Shown here piece after piece: positions 22,072 through 30,601 of a stretch of 64,000 bases of DNA. Every line of letters starts with the position of its first letter. Position 1 is the stretch's first letter. The stretch lies in IMG/VR virus record IMGVR_UViG_3300022888_000583; one strand, 5' to 3'. The DNA is from a virus. Both the position numbers and the translations under genes were made by a program. The notes beneath the pieces were generated by a model. It was not told where the DNA came from, searched no databases, and saw only the letters and a program-made list of their open reading frames with translations.

Positions 22072-22638
22072 TTAGTCCCATAATGCATAAAAATTGTCTT
22101 TGAATAAATCAAAGGCCTTATCATGCTTTTCTTTACTAATAATTTCACAAGTATTTTTATCGCTATAATGTTTTTTCATGTGATCTGGCAATTTTGCATA
22201 ATCCGTATCGAATATTGCAAATCCATTTACCATTTTTTCCGCCTCTTCAAAACCAGCAATCATTTCATCCAATGTATCTAACCAAGCTTGAAATCCATCA
22301 TCCCGTTCTTTTTTTGTAGCGTCCGCTCCAACAAATGTTGAAGGTGCCCCATGTGTATCTTTTCTTAATTCTTTAAGGGGAGGAAGTATCACTTTAATAA
22401 AATGATAATCCAAGCTCCAAGATGCCGTATCGTCATAACCTCTAATTGCTCTCTGCAATGGACGTTTGATATACGTTCTGTATGGTGCATTATTGAAAAA
22501 TCTATATACTGGCCAATATGTGTGATCAGTAATAGCATCCCAAATTTTGACAATCACTTTCCTGTCCGCCTTTTCTTGTTTCCAGCGAGCTTCCATTTCT
22601 TCAAATGTTTCAGCTTTATTTAATTTTCTTTTGGTCAT
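22072..22638 (-). CDS. hypothetical protein (188 aa)
   Basis: ORF. Confidence 0.45.
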   Translation of the reverse strand: MTKRKLNKAETFEEMEARWKQEKADRKVIVKIWDAITDHTYWPVYRFFNNAPYRTYIKRPLQRAIRGYDDTASWSLDYHFIKVILPPLKELRKDTHGAPSTFVGADATKKERDDGFQAWLDTLDEMIAGFEEAEKMVNGFAIFDTDYAKLPDHMKKHYSDKNTCEIISKEKHDKAFDLFKDNFYALWD

Positions 22639-22655
22639 AATTTTATCCTTTTTAG

Positions 22656-22727
22656 AGCTCTTAAACGGTTACGATCCGATGCTTTCAGATTACGAAACTG
22701 ATGTACTACCGATTATACTATAAGAGC
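22656..22727 (-). tRNA. tRNA-Thr(CGT)
   Basis: Acceptor GCTCTTA/TAAGAGC; anticodon loop TTCGTAA; T-loop ATCGTAA. Confidence 0.55.
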
Positions 22728-22734
22728 ATTTGTG

Positions 22735-22807
22735 TCCTGCCGTGTGGAATCGAACCACAGTCACACCCATACCAAAGGTGTATTCTAACCTTCTAAACTA
22801 CAGCAGG
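22735..22807 (-). tRNA. tRNA-Thr(GGT)
   Basis: Acceptor CCTGCTG/CGGCAGG; anticodon loop TTGGTAT; T-arm TGTGGTTCGATTCCACA. Confidence 0.65.
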
Positions 22808-22810
22808 TTT

Positions 22811-23074
22811 TTACTTACCAACTTTCATATCAAAATTGGCGATTAAATTTTTCACTTTTAGAGGTTCCTCATGCATACCATCTAGAATATAAAATTTATT
22901 CAAAGTAGCTTTCTCGCCCATCATTTTTTGAAGCTTCACAGCTATTTCAAATAGTGTCTCATCATCGACTTCAAAATCAGCATTTATATCTACACAATAT
23001 GTAAACAGAAGTGCTTCAATTATTGCATTCATTTCAACCTTATTTAACTTGTCCACAGTAACCTCCATTACCAA
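22811..23074 (-). CDS. hypothetical protein (87 aa)
   Basis: ORF. Confidence 0.4.
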   Translation of the reverse strand: MVMEVTVDKLNKVEMNAIIEALLFTYCVDINADFEVDDETLFEIAVKLQKMMGEKATLNKFYILDGMHEEPLKVKNLIANFDMKVGK

Positions 23075-23607
23075 ATAATTCGTTTAACATATAAAGCATC
23101 CAAATTGTCTGTAAGCCATACCCCATTTTCAGCTAAATAAAACGGGTGACCATCATTGTGCAATTTTAATGCGTCGATAACCAATATGGCCGGATCAGAA
23201 CCTCTTCGTTTCCCAACCACTTCAGCGGTATTTTCATCCGCTGATAAATGTACATATTGTCTATTACCTTTATTCAATCCATTTTTCATAATCGAATCGA
23301 TATTTTTAGGCGGTGTCCCATGATACAATATTTCCGGTGGAGCAATTGCTTGCAGTTTCAAATCTACTTCGATTGAATGACCTTGCATCGCTCTAACCTT
23401 TTCCCCAGTGATATCAAATGCGTATCTGATTTTTGGACCAGTACTCACTATTTCTTCTAACATTTCCATAGTAAATTTGCCAGTATCTAACAAATCTGAT
23501 ACATTGGCATATCCTTCAGCATCCAATGTAATATCGAATTGTTCTGGCTTGTGTCTCAATATGAGAGCTAGCAATTTACTTTTTTTAGTTAGATTAATTC
23601 CACTCAC
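23068..23607 (-). CDS. kptA: RNA 2'-phosphotransferase (Tpt1/KptA family)
   Basis: LRHKPEQFDITLDAEGYANVSDLL...MQGHS...LYHGT...YVHLS are KptA hallmarks; 179 aa. Confidence 0.65.
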   Translation of the reverse strand: MSGINLTKKSKLLALILRHKPEQFDITLDAEGYANVSDLLDTGKFTMEMLEEIVSTGPKIRYAFDITGEKVRAMQGHSIEVDLKLQAIAPPEILYHGTPPKNIDSIMKNGLNKGNRQYVHLSADENTAEVVGKRRGSDPAILVIDALKLHNDGHPFYLAENGVWLTDNLDALYVKRIIW

Positions 23608-23791
23608 GTAATTTTACTCCACATCTTGGGCAGTTTTTATTCCACACCGCTCTGGTTTCCATAAAGCTAGGTGATACCATTGTATATTCCTTGTGTCCAA
23701 ATATACGGCACCATAATTTTTTAAGCATTATTCTCTTTGTGCTCCTGCCTTTGGACTTCTTTTTTCTCATCATCTTCACGCTCTTTGGCAA
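23594..23791 (-). CDS. small zinc-ribbon protein (65 aa)
   Basis: CxxC pairs. Confidence 0.3.
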   Translation of the reverse strand: MPKSVKMMRKKKSKGRSTKRIMLKKLWCRIFGHKEYTMVSPSFMETRAVWNKNCPRCGVKLREWN

Positions 23792-23954
23792 TCCGAGTGT
23801 ATTCCTTCATTGTGAATCTGGCAACCCAATTGCCATCTTGATTCTTTTCTTGATGAACGGTAACATCATCTCTAATAATTTCCCTATACCGTTGACCTTC
23901 ACTTATAACTTTAACTTCGCCCATAACTTTTCCTTATAATTTAATTTTGATTTG

Positions 23955-24029
23955 TACGAGTGGCAGGATTTGAACCGACGCTTGCCCAGGATGTCGACCT
24001 GGAGCTCTACCAGACTGAGCTACACCCGC
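23955..24029 (-). tRNA. tRNA-Val(GAC) as read (C33 in the loop is unusual)
   Basis: Acceptor GCGGGTG/CACTCGT; D-arm GCTCAGTCTGGTAGAGC; anticodon loop TCGACAT. Confidence 0.5.
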
Positions 24030-24034
24030 ATTTT

Positions 24035-24262
24035 TTACTCTTGTCCTATTGGACCTTCATATAAAATTTTACTGTCACCAGACCCACGCCAAGTAGTCTT
24101 TTCAACTCTGACCATATCGGTGTCAGTTTCCTTGTCATAGTAAGCGTAACATCTGATTGCTCCGCTCCATGATGCTGTATATGTTTCTATACCTGAATTC
24201 TTAGAACCACCACGACTGGTTTGTCCTCTATTACCTTGTACTGTGCCATAAAATTGTGACAT
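24035..24262 (-). CDS. hypothetical protein (75 aa; GGAGG Shine-Dalgarno; the track ORF over-extends across tRNAs)
   Basis: Internal ATG with a strong Shine-Dalgarno; the upstream part of ORF 24035..24400 overlaps two tRNAs. Confidence 0.4.
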   Translation of the reverse strand: MSQFYGTVQGNRGQTSRGGSKNSGIETYTASWSGAIRCYAYYDKETDTDMVRVEKTTWRGSGDSKILYEGPIGQE

Positions 24263-24282
24263 ATAACCTCCATTTTGTTTAG

Positions 24283-24354
24283 CTGATTCATAGGGATTCG
24301 AACCCCAACCTGACAGGCTCAGAACCTGCGATGCTACCGTTACACCATGAATCA
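24283..24354 (-). tRNA. tRNA-Gln(CTG)
   Basis: Anticodon loop TTCTGAG; T-arm TGGGGTTCGAATCCCTA. Confidence 0.6.
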
Positions 24355-24361
24355 ATTTTTG

Positions 24362-24433
24362 CAGCGGCACCCAGAATCGAACTGGAATCACCGGGTTCAA
24401 AGCCCAGTATAATCAACCGTTATACTATACCGC
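24362..24433 (-). tRNA. tRNA-Gln(TTG)
   Basis: Anticodon loop CTTTGAA; T-loop TTCGATT. Confidence 0.55.
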
Positions 24434-24455
24434 TATTCTTATAATAAGTATCGGG

Positions 24456-24800
24456 TTATTCACCCAAAAGTTGTTCTTTTTTTTCAATGTACTCAAACAG
24501 TTCGGTATAATTGTCATCATAATTATATGGACACGCTTCAATAAATTCCAATGGTTTTGCAGTACCATATCGATCATTTTCATCCCAGTGAATTTCACCG
24601 TCTAAAAATCTATCACCAAATTTATATCGTATTCCATAGAACTGTGTTTTAAATCTACCGTCACCTTTGATACAAACACCGTAACCAAAGTTACGACCGT
24701 GAATCTTATAAAATCCACCGTGGACACATTCTTCTATTGTTATCCACTCGTTAATATGTTCTGCTCTCATTTTTCTTATCCTTTTAATTTGTAGGCCCAC
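24456..24800 (-). CDS. hypothetical protein (114 aa)
   Basis: ORF. Confidence 0.45.
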   Translation of the reverse strand: MGLQIKRIRKMRAEHINEWITIEECVHGGFYKIHGRNFGYGVCIKGDGRFKTQFYGIRYKFGDRFLDGEIHWDENDRYGTAKPLEFIEACPYNYDDNYTELFEYIEKKEQLLGE

Positions 24801-24931
24801 AGGGTAATGATCCCAGTTCTACGGTTTAAAAGACCGTTGCTTCACCATTAAAGCTTTAGGCCCAAATTGATTGGTAGAGCTACCCAATCGGCTTTGATAC
24901 AATCTGGGGCTCTATCTCCCATGATCTCCAC

Positions 24932-25135
24932 CTAATTTCTATCTTTACATTGATACTTGCGGTATTCCTTCCAGCTTCTTTTCCGGTGGAATTTATTATA
25001 TGCATTACAGCCCCGATGTGGGTGACATAATGTACAATATCCTTCATCCATTGCTACTTTAAGTCGGTGGATTTTATTGAATAGTGGACTGTTATCAGTC
25101 CAATCATATTCATAATACGTTATTGATTTCATCAT
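24932..25135 (-). CDS. Cys/His-rich small protein (67 aa)
   Basis: C-x2-C and H-x-x-x-C pattern. Confidence 0.4.
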   Translation of the reverse strand: MMKSITYYEYDWTDNSPLFNKIHRLKVAMDEGYCTLCHPHRGCNAYNKFHRKRSWKEYRKYQCKDRN

Positions 25136-25196
25136 AGTTCTCCTTGTTAGGTTACTATGATGCTGTTCCTTTTTTCATATCAATTCCCTTTTGTCA

Positions 25197-25246
25197 ATAC
25201 CTGAAGATACAAGATTATTCTCACAAAGTCAAGCGTTATTTTAATT
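25197..25246 (-). promoter_or_regulatory. copy 5 of the promoter/leader motif
   Basis: ATACCTGAAGATACAAGATTATTCTCACAAAGTCAAGCGTTATTTTAA. Confidence 0.55.
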
Positions 25247-25512
25247 TAATTTCCTGTAAGCGGGGTTCTGTCCTTTAAACTTGCCATTGACCTATTTGCA
25301 TCAACCTTGCTATTATAGAATTGCTCACCTTCTAAGCTATTTTGAATTACATCCTCACCAGTACGAACGACTATTTCGTGTCTTTCAGGGTTTCTGGTTT
25401 GGCATGATTACTACAAACCCTTTTTCTTTACTCATGCCCTAACAGCTTTAACATACAGTCTCCTGAGTTAAGCAACGATGACCCGACTTTCCTCTCCGTA
25501 GAGCGACAAGTC
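25245..25512 (-). ncRNA. rnpB: candidate minimal RNase P RNA (~270 nt)
   Basis: Minus strand carries GGAGAGGAAAGTCGGGTC (P4 5' strand, compare GAGGAAAGTCCGGGCTCC) and GGACAGAACCCCGCTTACAGG (compare ACAGAACCCGGCTTATCGG) with a compensating single-nt deletion on both P4 strands. The 5' TTTTAATTTCTG and 3' CAGGAAATTAAA can form P1. The region is ORF-free. Confidence 0.45.
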
Positions 25513-25527
25513 AGAAATTAAAATGTG

Positions 25528-25610
25528 AGGAAGGTAGAAGAATCGAACTCCTGCCCGTAAGGACACCCAAGGGTTCAAACCTTGTTGCCGGCCATTCAGC
25601 GGTACCTTCC
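25528..25610 (-). tRNA. tRNA-Ser(TGA), type II
   Basis: Acceptor GGAAGGT/ACCTTCC; anticodon loop TTTGAAC (anticodon UGA reads UCA); long variable arm. Confidence 0.6.
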
Positions 25611-25615
25611 ATTTG

Positions 25616-26041
25616 TTAAATTATATTTATATCATATATCCGTTTTTCTATAATTAATGAATCGAGTTGAATAGAAACATCAATAGAATCGATGTCAAAA
25701 TGAATAGAATCATACCACAGATCAACCCGCCATTGATAATCCAATTCCAAACTATCACATTGTGCTTCTTGGCGGCCATACAATAACCAATAATAATTAA
25801 TATTATCATCGGAATATTCTTTAACATGTGCCGTTGTTGCATGAATTGATTTATTTACATTTATAATTTCAAATGAAATTCTATACATAAGTGTTTGTTC
25901 ACCGTACCATTCTGAACTTACAATGAAATATTCAGTAGTATCGGTAATTATCGGATAAATAATGTCTTCAGTAATACATGGTTCTCCACATGACATTATT
26001 AACATTATAATTATTAATATTAGACTTAATTTTTGCAACAT
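25616..26041 (-). CDS. putative lipoprotein (141 aa)
   Basis: Signal peptide with MSCGEPC lipobox-like site. Confidence 0.5.
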   Translation of the reverse strand: MLQKLSLILIIIMLIMSCGEPCITEDIIYPIITDTTEYFIVSSEWYGEQTLMYRISFEIINVNKSIHATTAHVKEYSDDNINYYWLLYGRQEAQCDSLELDYQWRVDLWYDSIHFDIDSIDVSIQLDSLIIEKRIYDINII

Positions 26042-26164
26042 AATTTTATCCCCTTCTTTCCAATTGTCATGTCGTCTGTTGCAACATGTACTTAGAACAT
26101 GTCTTAATTTTGACGATATTTAGACACGTTATTCGCTCATGTCTATATCTTAGACATGTTATTG

Positions 26165-26253
26165 TACTCCCAGCTGGACTTGAACCAACATCTCGACTTT
26201 ATCAGAATCTGACCTGTTTATAAGACAGGGGCTTTACATTAAGCTATGGGAGC
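26165..26253 (-). tRNA. type II tRNA (23-nt variable region); anticodon loop CTTATAA reads UAU; identity unclear
   Basis: Acceptor GCTCCCA/TGGGAGT; T-arm GTTGGTTCAAGTCCAGC; 89 nt. Confidence 0.4.
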
Positions 26254-26258
26254 ATGTG

Positions 26259-26333
26259 TACTCTCGGCAGGACTCGAACCTGCAACCTTTTGGGTCGAAA
26301 CCAAGAACTCTATTCCAGTTGAGCTACGAGAGC
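26259..26333 (-). tRNA. tRNA-Arg(TCG)
   Basis: Anticodon loop TTTCGAC; T-arm GCAGGTTCGAGTCCTGC. Confidence 0.6.
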
Positions 26334-26338
26334 ATGTG

Positions 26339-26409
26339 TACTGGATGGGGGAATTGAACCCGCGCCTTCTCCATGTAAAAGAGAAATTCTACCATTAAAC
26401 TAATCCAGC
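26339..26409 (-). tRNA. tRNA-Val(TAC)
   Basis: Anticodon loop TTTACAT; T-loop TTCAATT. Confidence 0.5.
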
Positions 26410-26415
26410 GTGTTG

Positions 26416-26487
26416 TGCTCCAGAGCAGACTTGAACTGCCATTCTTGGTATATCAGACCAAAGTTCTACCGTTGAACTACTGGAGAA
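26416..26487 (-). tRNA. tRNA-Ile(GAT)
   Basis: Anticodon loop CTGATAT; T-arm GGCAGTTCAAGTCTGCT. Confidence 0.55.
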
Positions 26488-26493
26488 TGTATG

Positions 26494-26567
26494 TACCTCG
26501 AGTTGGAATTGAACCAACGACCTTTGGTTTATCAGACCAACGCTCTAACCAACTGAGCTACCGAGAT
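26494..26567 (-). tRNA. tRNA-Ile(GAT), second copy with a different body
   Basis: D-arm GCTCAGTTGGTTAGAGC; anticodon loop CTGATAA. Confidence 0.55.
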
Positions 26568-26657
26568 AGGTGCGGACTCATGCGGTGTTTTGGGGGAAAC
26601 TTTGCACAAGCCCTAAAAATTGATGTAAGTTGTGTAGTGATAACGAGATACATCTAA

Positions 26658-26739
26658 TGTCGCAGTGGGGAGACTTGAACTCCCGAGTTGCCGAATATGA
26701 GCCGACACTTACACGCCTGTCTCACTGCGAAAATTGTGA
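26658..26739 (-). ncRNA. tRNA-like element (good T-arm and acceptor, no canonical anticodon or D arms)
   Basis: T-arm GGGAGTTCAAGTCTCCC and acceptor CGCAGTG/CACTGCG; ~70 nt. Confidence 0.25.
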
Positions 26740-26876
26740 CTGGAATTTCGTTTGTAACCGAAGTGCACTTCATCATTACAATTGGCCGTTTCTCCCGATT
26801 CATTGTACGGCATTGATTCTAGGGTTATTCCGATTAAATGATAATTGTACCTATACCATTTAAAGTTGTCACATAG

Positions 26877-26949
26877 CGGCCTAAGCCAGATTCGAACTAG
26901 CAACGCGAGGTACTTCACACCTCCGCTCTACCATTGGAGCTATTAGGCC
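26877..26949 (-). tRNA. tRNA-Phe(GAA)
   Basis: Acceptor GGCCTAA/TTAGGCC; anticodon loop GTGAAGT. Confidence 0.7.
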
Positions 26950-26963
26950 ATATTTAATTTTTG

Positions 26964-27045
26964 TCCCGTTAGATGGAGTCGAACCAACATTGTCCATAGA
27001 CGACGGCTTTACAGGCCGCGGGGCATCCACTTGCCCAATAACGGG
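26964..27045 (-). tRNA. tRNA-Tyr(GTA), type II
   Basis: Acceptor CCCGTTA/TAACGGG; anticodon loop CTGTAAA; long variable arm. Confidence 0.65.
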
Positions 27046-27050
27046 TTGTG

Positions 27051-27124
27051 TACTCCCACAGGGATTCGAACCCCGACTAAAAGCTTAGAAGGCTCTTGTG
27101 CTAATCCTGTTACACTATGGGAGC
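27051..27124 (-). tRNA. tRNA-Arg(TCT)
   Basis: Anticodon loop CTTCTAA; T-arm CGGGGTTCGAATCCCTG. Confidence 0.65.
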
Positions 27125-27129
27125 AGTGC

Positions 27130-27315
27130 TTAATCTTTAAACTTGAACCATATTCTTCGGCCCACTTCGATGGTTGCACCGATTGAAATCATTGCCCCAG
27201 CCATAACAAGACCGTGAGACATTAAAGACAATCCAGCGATAAAGTACAATACAAATCTCAATGCTCCGAAATATGTAAATTCCCTATCTATTGCGTATCG
27301 TTCATCTACTGTCAT
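27130..27315 (-). CDS. small hydrophobic membrane protein (61 aa)
   Basis: Track ORF; two predicted TM segments. Confidence 0.3.
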   Translation of the reverse strand: MTVDERYAIDREFTYFGALRFVLYFIAGLSLMSHGLVMAGAMISIGATIEVGRRIWFKFKD

Positions 27316-27342
27316 TTTAATAACCCTTTCTTTTTAAATTTT

Positions 27343-27415
27343 GTACACCCGGTAGGTTACGATCCTACGACCTTGAGTTTAAGAGACTCCTGCTCTGCCA
27401 ACTGAGCTACGGGTG
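27343..27415 (-). tRNA. tRNA-Lys(CTT)
   Basis: Anticodon loop CTCTTAA; unusual T-loop ATCGTAA. Confidence 0.55.
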
Positions 27416-27423
27416 CGTTTGTG

Positions 27424-27497
27424 CAGGGGTATCAGGATTCGAACCCGATCTTCATGGTTTTGGAGACCATCGTGCTACCGTTAAACACTATACCCCT
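27424..27497 (-). tRNA. tRNA-Trp(CCA)
   Basis: Acceptor AGGGGTA/TACCCCT; anticodon loop CTCCAAA. Confidence 0.65.
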
Positions 27498-27504
27498 ATG
27501 TATG

Positions 27505-27579
27505 TAGTCCCCCAGGGAGTCGAACCCTGACATTGAACGGGTCTAAGCCGCACGCCTCTACCAGTTGGGCCAGAGGACC
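27505..27579 (-). tRNA. tRNA with anticodon UAG (Leu-type) but a short variable arm (type I), A73
   Basis: Anticodon loop CTTAGAC; T-arm CAGGGTTCGACTCCCTG; 6-nt variable region. Confidence 0.45.
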
Positions 27580-27593
27580 ATTATTTGTTTTTG

Positions 27594-27666
27594 TAGCATT
27601 GGTGAGATTCGAACTCACACTGGACGATTTTTGAAACCGCTTTCTCTGCCGTTGGAATACAATGCC
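27594..27666 (-). tRNA. tRNA with anticodon CAA (Leu-type) but a short variable arm (type I), A73
   Basis: Anticodon loop TTCAAAA; T-arm GTGAGTTCGAATCTCAC. Confidence 0.45.
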
Positions 27667-27689
27667 ATTTACCTAATTTTAATTTTTGA

Positions 27690-27778
27690 TTGTGGACACA
27701 ATGGGAATCGAACCCATTACGATGTTATTCTAATTTTAAATAAGTGGAAATTGAATTTTGATCGTATCCGATATGTCC
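27690..27778 (-). ncRNA. tRNA-like with a ~40-nt AT-rich insertion (intron-bearing tRNA or degenerate)
   Basis: T-arm ATGGGTTCGATTCCCAT and acceptor GGACATA/TGTGTCC; body not canonical. Confidence 0.2.
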
Positions 27779-27779
27779 T

Positions 27780-28690
27780 TGGTAGGGTTGAGATTATACC
27801 CTTTATAGTATCCCTTTGGGAAGATTATTTATTCCTTCCTGTGTCCACGACAACCCGCTAGGGTCTATACTCTTGCGAGTAGTAAGATACCAGTCCCAGT
27901 AGGTTTAGCCTACCACTCTTATCGTTCAGGTTATCTCCACAGTTACTTATTGCTATTCAATCTTGCAGGACTGACTAAGGTTTTAACACCACTAGAACTT
28001 TCGCCATAAAACATCCGCACCTTGTGAGTTTGGTTGCCCCCGATTCATCCGAAGATGTCAGGGATTAGGGAATTTTGCTCCTAAACGCTGTCGGTCTTTT
28101 TACTTTTCAGTGAAGTGGGAATTGAACCCACACCAGTTCGCTTAGAATGCGAATTGCCTAACCAATGAGGCGATTCATGATGTATTGTGGATATTAGAAT
28201 CTGCGCCGACCAGCGATGGCGTCCTCCCTTTTGAGGAACACATACCATTCAGATTCATACCATTTCCTGGATAAGGAATTTTAGCGGTTCTTAATTATTT
28301 CCAGTTTCACCCTGCGATGAAATGTTTAGTTATACATTACAATCCAGCGTTTTACCACTCATGCAATGCTTTCCCTAGAAAATACACATAATTACTAGAA
28401 TCAAGCCCTCAGTATCCCTACCTTGAACAAGACGCTCTGGCAATCCCTATTGGATTTCTCCTCACCGGCTGTTCCACGACAACCAGATACAATCCTCTCG
28501 TTCCTGGTGGAATCTGAGGTTCATATGTTAAACCATTGTATAGATGTCTCCTATTACTAAGAGCGGCTGTTCTACGAGCCCTTTAGTCCCACTTTCGTAG
28601 GGTTATCTTCATCACCCGAAGGTGAAGCGAATCCATACATCCGAATTCTATAATTTCAAAAAACTTTGACACTCTTTCGTGTCGATGATC
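27780..28690 (-). ncRNA. ~900-nt ORF-free structured region downstream of a degenerate promoter copy; candidate large ncRNA, intron or split tRNA
   Basis: No ORF of 60 aa or more, even allowing TGA as sense. Contains a UUCG tetraloop hairpin (CACCTTCGGGTG), GNRA hairpins (CCTACGAAAGTGGG; GACACGAAAGAGTGTC) and a tRNA-like T-arm (GTGGGTTCAATTCCCAC) at 28112-28135. Confidence 0.3.
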
Positions 28691-28728
28691 AATATACAAG
28701 ATTTAAATGTAAAAGTCAAGCGTTTTTT
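28691..28728 (-). promoter_or_regulatory. copy 6 (degenerate) of the promoter motif
   Basis: AATATACAAGATTTAAATGTAAAAGTCAAGCGTTTTTTT. Confidence 0.4.
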
Positions 28729-28829
28729 TCAATTTTCTTAACTTTTTTTCTCATTCCGTATTTGTATATATATATTAGGTTATAAGCCCAAACACCATTT
28801 TTATTTCAAAAAAGTGATTTTATTTTAAG

Positions 28830-28904
28830 TACTCCCAGAAGGATTTGAACCTCCGACCCCTTGGTTCGTAGCCAAGTGCTCTATTCCAGCTGAGCTATGG
28901 GAGC
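28830..28904 (-). tRNA. tRNA-Arg(ACG)
   Basis: Anticodon loop CTACGAA; T-arm GGAGGTTCAAATCCTTC. Confidence 0.65.
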
Positions 28905-29066
28905 GTGATTTTTACTTTTTGTACTGTATATTTCCACATGGAATTTTTATCATTTTGTTCCTTAACGTACGCTTTAGCGTCCGGTTTGGATTCGTATGCC
29001 GAGTCAATTTCTGAATCTCGGTTTCCATATTTTAATTTACTTAGTACCACATATACAATTTTCATT

Positions 29067-29198
29067 TTACCAGCCTTTTTTGTGTTTAGATTTACGATTA
29101 TATTTAGTCTTATCCTTAAACACTTTCCGAGTTGGAATTGTGGTACGCATCTCAGGTCGGATGCGATTTTTGTCTTTTCTTATTAGTTTCTTTTTCAT
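29067..29198 (-). CDS. very basic small protein (43 aa, or 27 aa from an internal Met)
   Basis: MKKKLIRKDKNRIRPEMRTTIPTRKVFKDKTKYNRKSKHKKGW immediately after motif copy 7. Confidence 0.3.
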   Translation of the reverse strand: MKKKLIRKDKNRIRPEMRTTIPTRKVFKDKTKYNRKSKHKKGW

Positions 29199-29244
29199 AC
29201 CTGAAGATACAAGATTATATTGACAAAGTCAAGCGTTATTTTCG
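29195..29244 (-). promoter_or_regulatory. copy 7 of the promoter/leader motif
   Basis: Full consensus copy. Confidence 0.55.
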
Positions 29245-29264
29245 CTTATTTGAAAATAATTTTG

Positions 29265-29336
29265 ATCCCCCGACCGGCCACGATCCGATACCAAAGCTTT
29301 ACAAGAGCCTTATTCTGCCAATTAAACTACAGGGGA
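29265..29336 (-). tRNA. tRNA-Thr(TGT) (unusual T-loop ATCGTGG)
   Basis: Anticodon loop CTTGTAA. Confidence 0.5.
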
Positions 29337-29348
29337 ATTTGTATTGCT

Positions 29349-29432
29349 CATGCGGTAGGATTCGAACCTACGACGTCGCTCTCGCGAAACAGATTAACAG
29401 TCTGCCACCATCGGCCTCTCGGTCACACATGA
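29349..29432 (-). tRNA. type II tRNA; anticodon loop CTGTTAA reads GUU; identity unclear
   Basis: Acceptor TCATGTG/CGCATGA; variable-arm hairpin TCGCGAGAGCGA; T-arm GTAGGTTCGAATCCTAC. Confidence 0.4.
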
Positions 29433-29434
29433 AT

Positions 29435-30010
29435 TTATATTTTTCTATAAGATTCTATTAATCCCATTTTAAACAATTCTTTTCCAGTAAGAATTTCCAA
29501 TTCAAGTGGGAATCATTCCCACTTAGCTTCATCTTTTGGAGTCTTATAACCCTTTACTTCAACATATTGTTTTTGTTTAATCAAATAAAAATCTGGAGTA
29601 TATCTATGCCCTTTATTTTCATATTCATAATAAAAATTTTCTTTTGGTCTTCTTCATAGGATATCATTATCATCTAATCATTTGGCATAATTTAATTCTC
29701 ATTTGCCATATAATTTAACCATACCATTGCATTTACTATCATATAAATGTGTTCTACTTTTGGAAAATGAATTATGTCATGTTCCATCTTTAATTTTTTC
29801 ATTTATAGTTTTTCGTATTTTTGATTTGGTTTCATCAGATACATTTTGTCTAGGATGACCATCGGTTACTTTTTTTATCCAATTATTTCTATTTGGATTT
29901 GATTTGCAACTAACACTATGCCCTCCTAATTTTCTACCATCATCAAATTTCATTCCACAATGTTTACAAATGCTATTACCAGACCCCTTAAATCTTTTTG
30001 CATTATCCAT
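29435..30010 (-). CDS. zinc-finger / HNH-like endonuclease-type protein (~191 aa) with 4 in-frame TGA, embedded in the tRNA array
   Basis: N-terminus CKHCGMKF...GGHSVSCKSNPNRNNWIKK; the frame runs through TGA at 29777, 29699, 29678, 29654 and 29513 to TAA at 29435. Confidence 0.45.
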
Positions 30011-30089
30011 ATAAATTTCCTCTTTATTATAAGTATTAAAGAATACAAAAATATACAGACTAACGCTCTAAATAGTTTTAAAATTTTTG

Positions 30090-30161
30090 CTCCGACGACA
30101 AGATTTGAACTTGCATTACCCTGTTTAACAAACAGACGCTTTACCCATTAGCTACGTCGGA
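30090..30161 (-). tRNA. tRNA-Asn(GTT)
   Basis: Acceptor TCCGACG/CGTCGGA; anticodon loop TTGTTAA. Confidence 0.65.
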
Positions 30162-30204
30162 AATTGGATTGGGTTTTTGAATAGAACCCTTCTGTAAACT
30201 ATTA

Positions 30205-30281
30205 TGGGGTGACTAGCGGGATTCGAACCCGCACTATCTGGGTCACAGCCGGACGTGCTAACCATTATCACTATAGCCACC
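30205..30281 (-). tRNA. tRNA-His(GTG) with G-1 and an encoded CCA
   Basis: Extra 5' G pairs with C73; anticodon loop CTGTGAC; 3' CCA present. Confidence 0.65.
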
Positions 30282-30300
30282 ATGTATGTTTTTTTGTTTG

Positions 30301-30373
30301 AGTACACGGTCAGAATCGAACTGACGTCCTCCGGGTTTGCAATCCAGTGCCTATGCCTCTCAGCCACGTGTAC
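30301..30373 (-). tRNA. tRNA-Cys(GCA)
   Basis: Acceptor GTACACG/CGTGTAC; anticodon loop TTGCAAA. Confidence 0.5.
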
Positions 30374-30601
30374 ATTAATGGAAACCAATCTCTTTACTGA
30401 GCTACATTGCTTCTAGCTCCCCCGCCGAAACGGATCATCACTATAATGCAAAGACTGGAGTTGAACCAGTGACCACAAGTTTATCAGTCTGGTGCTCTTT
30501 TTAGGTTTCTCAATTGGATTCGAGGTAAGGAATTACACCTTTGTTTTTCTAATACAATGGTTCGTCAACCAAAGCATATACGCCTTTAACGCTCTCAAGT
30601 G

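Noticed and set aside
24797-24930. Possible additional tRNA(s) between 24797 and 24930 (anticodon-arm-like hairpin ACGGT-CTTTTAA-ACCGT and T-arm-like GGGATCATTACCC)
   Set aside because: No consistent acceptor stem or D-arm could be built. Possibly a degenerate tRNA; not reported as a gene.
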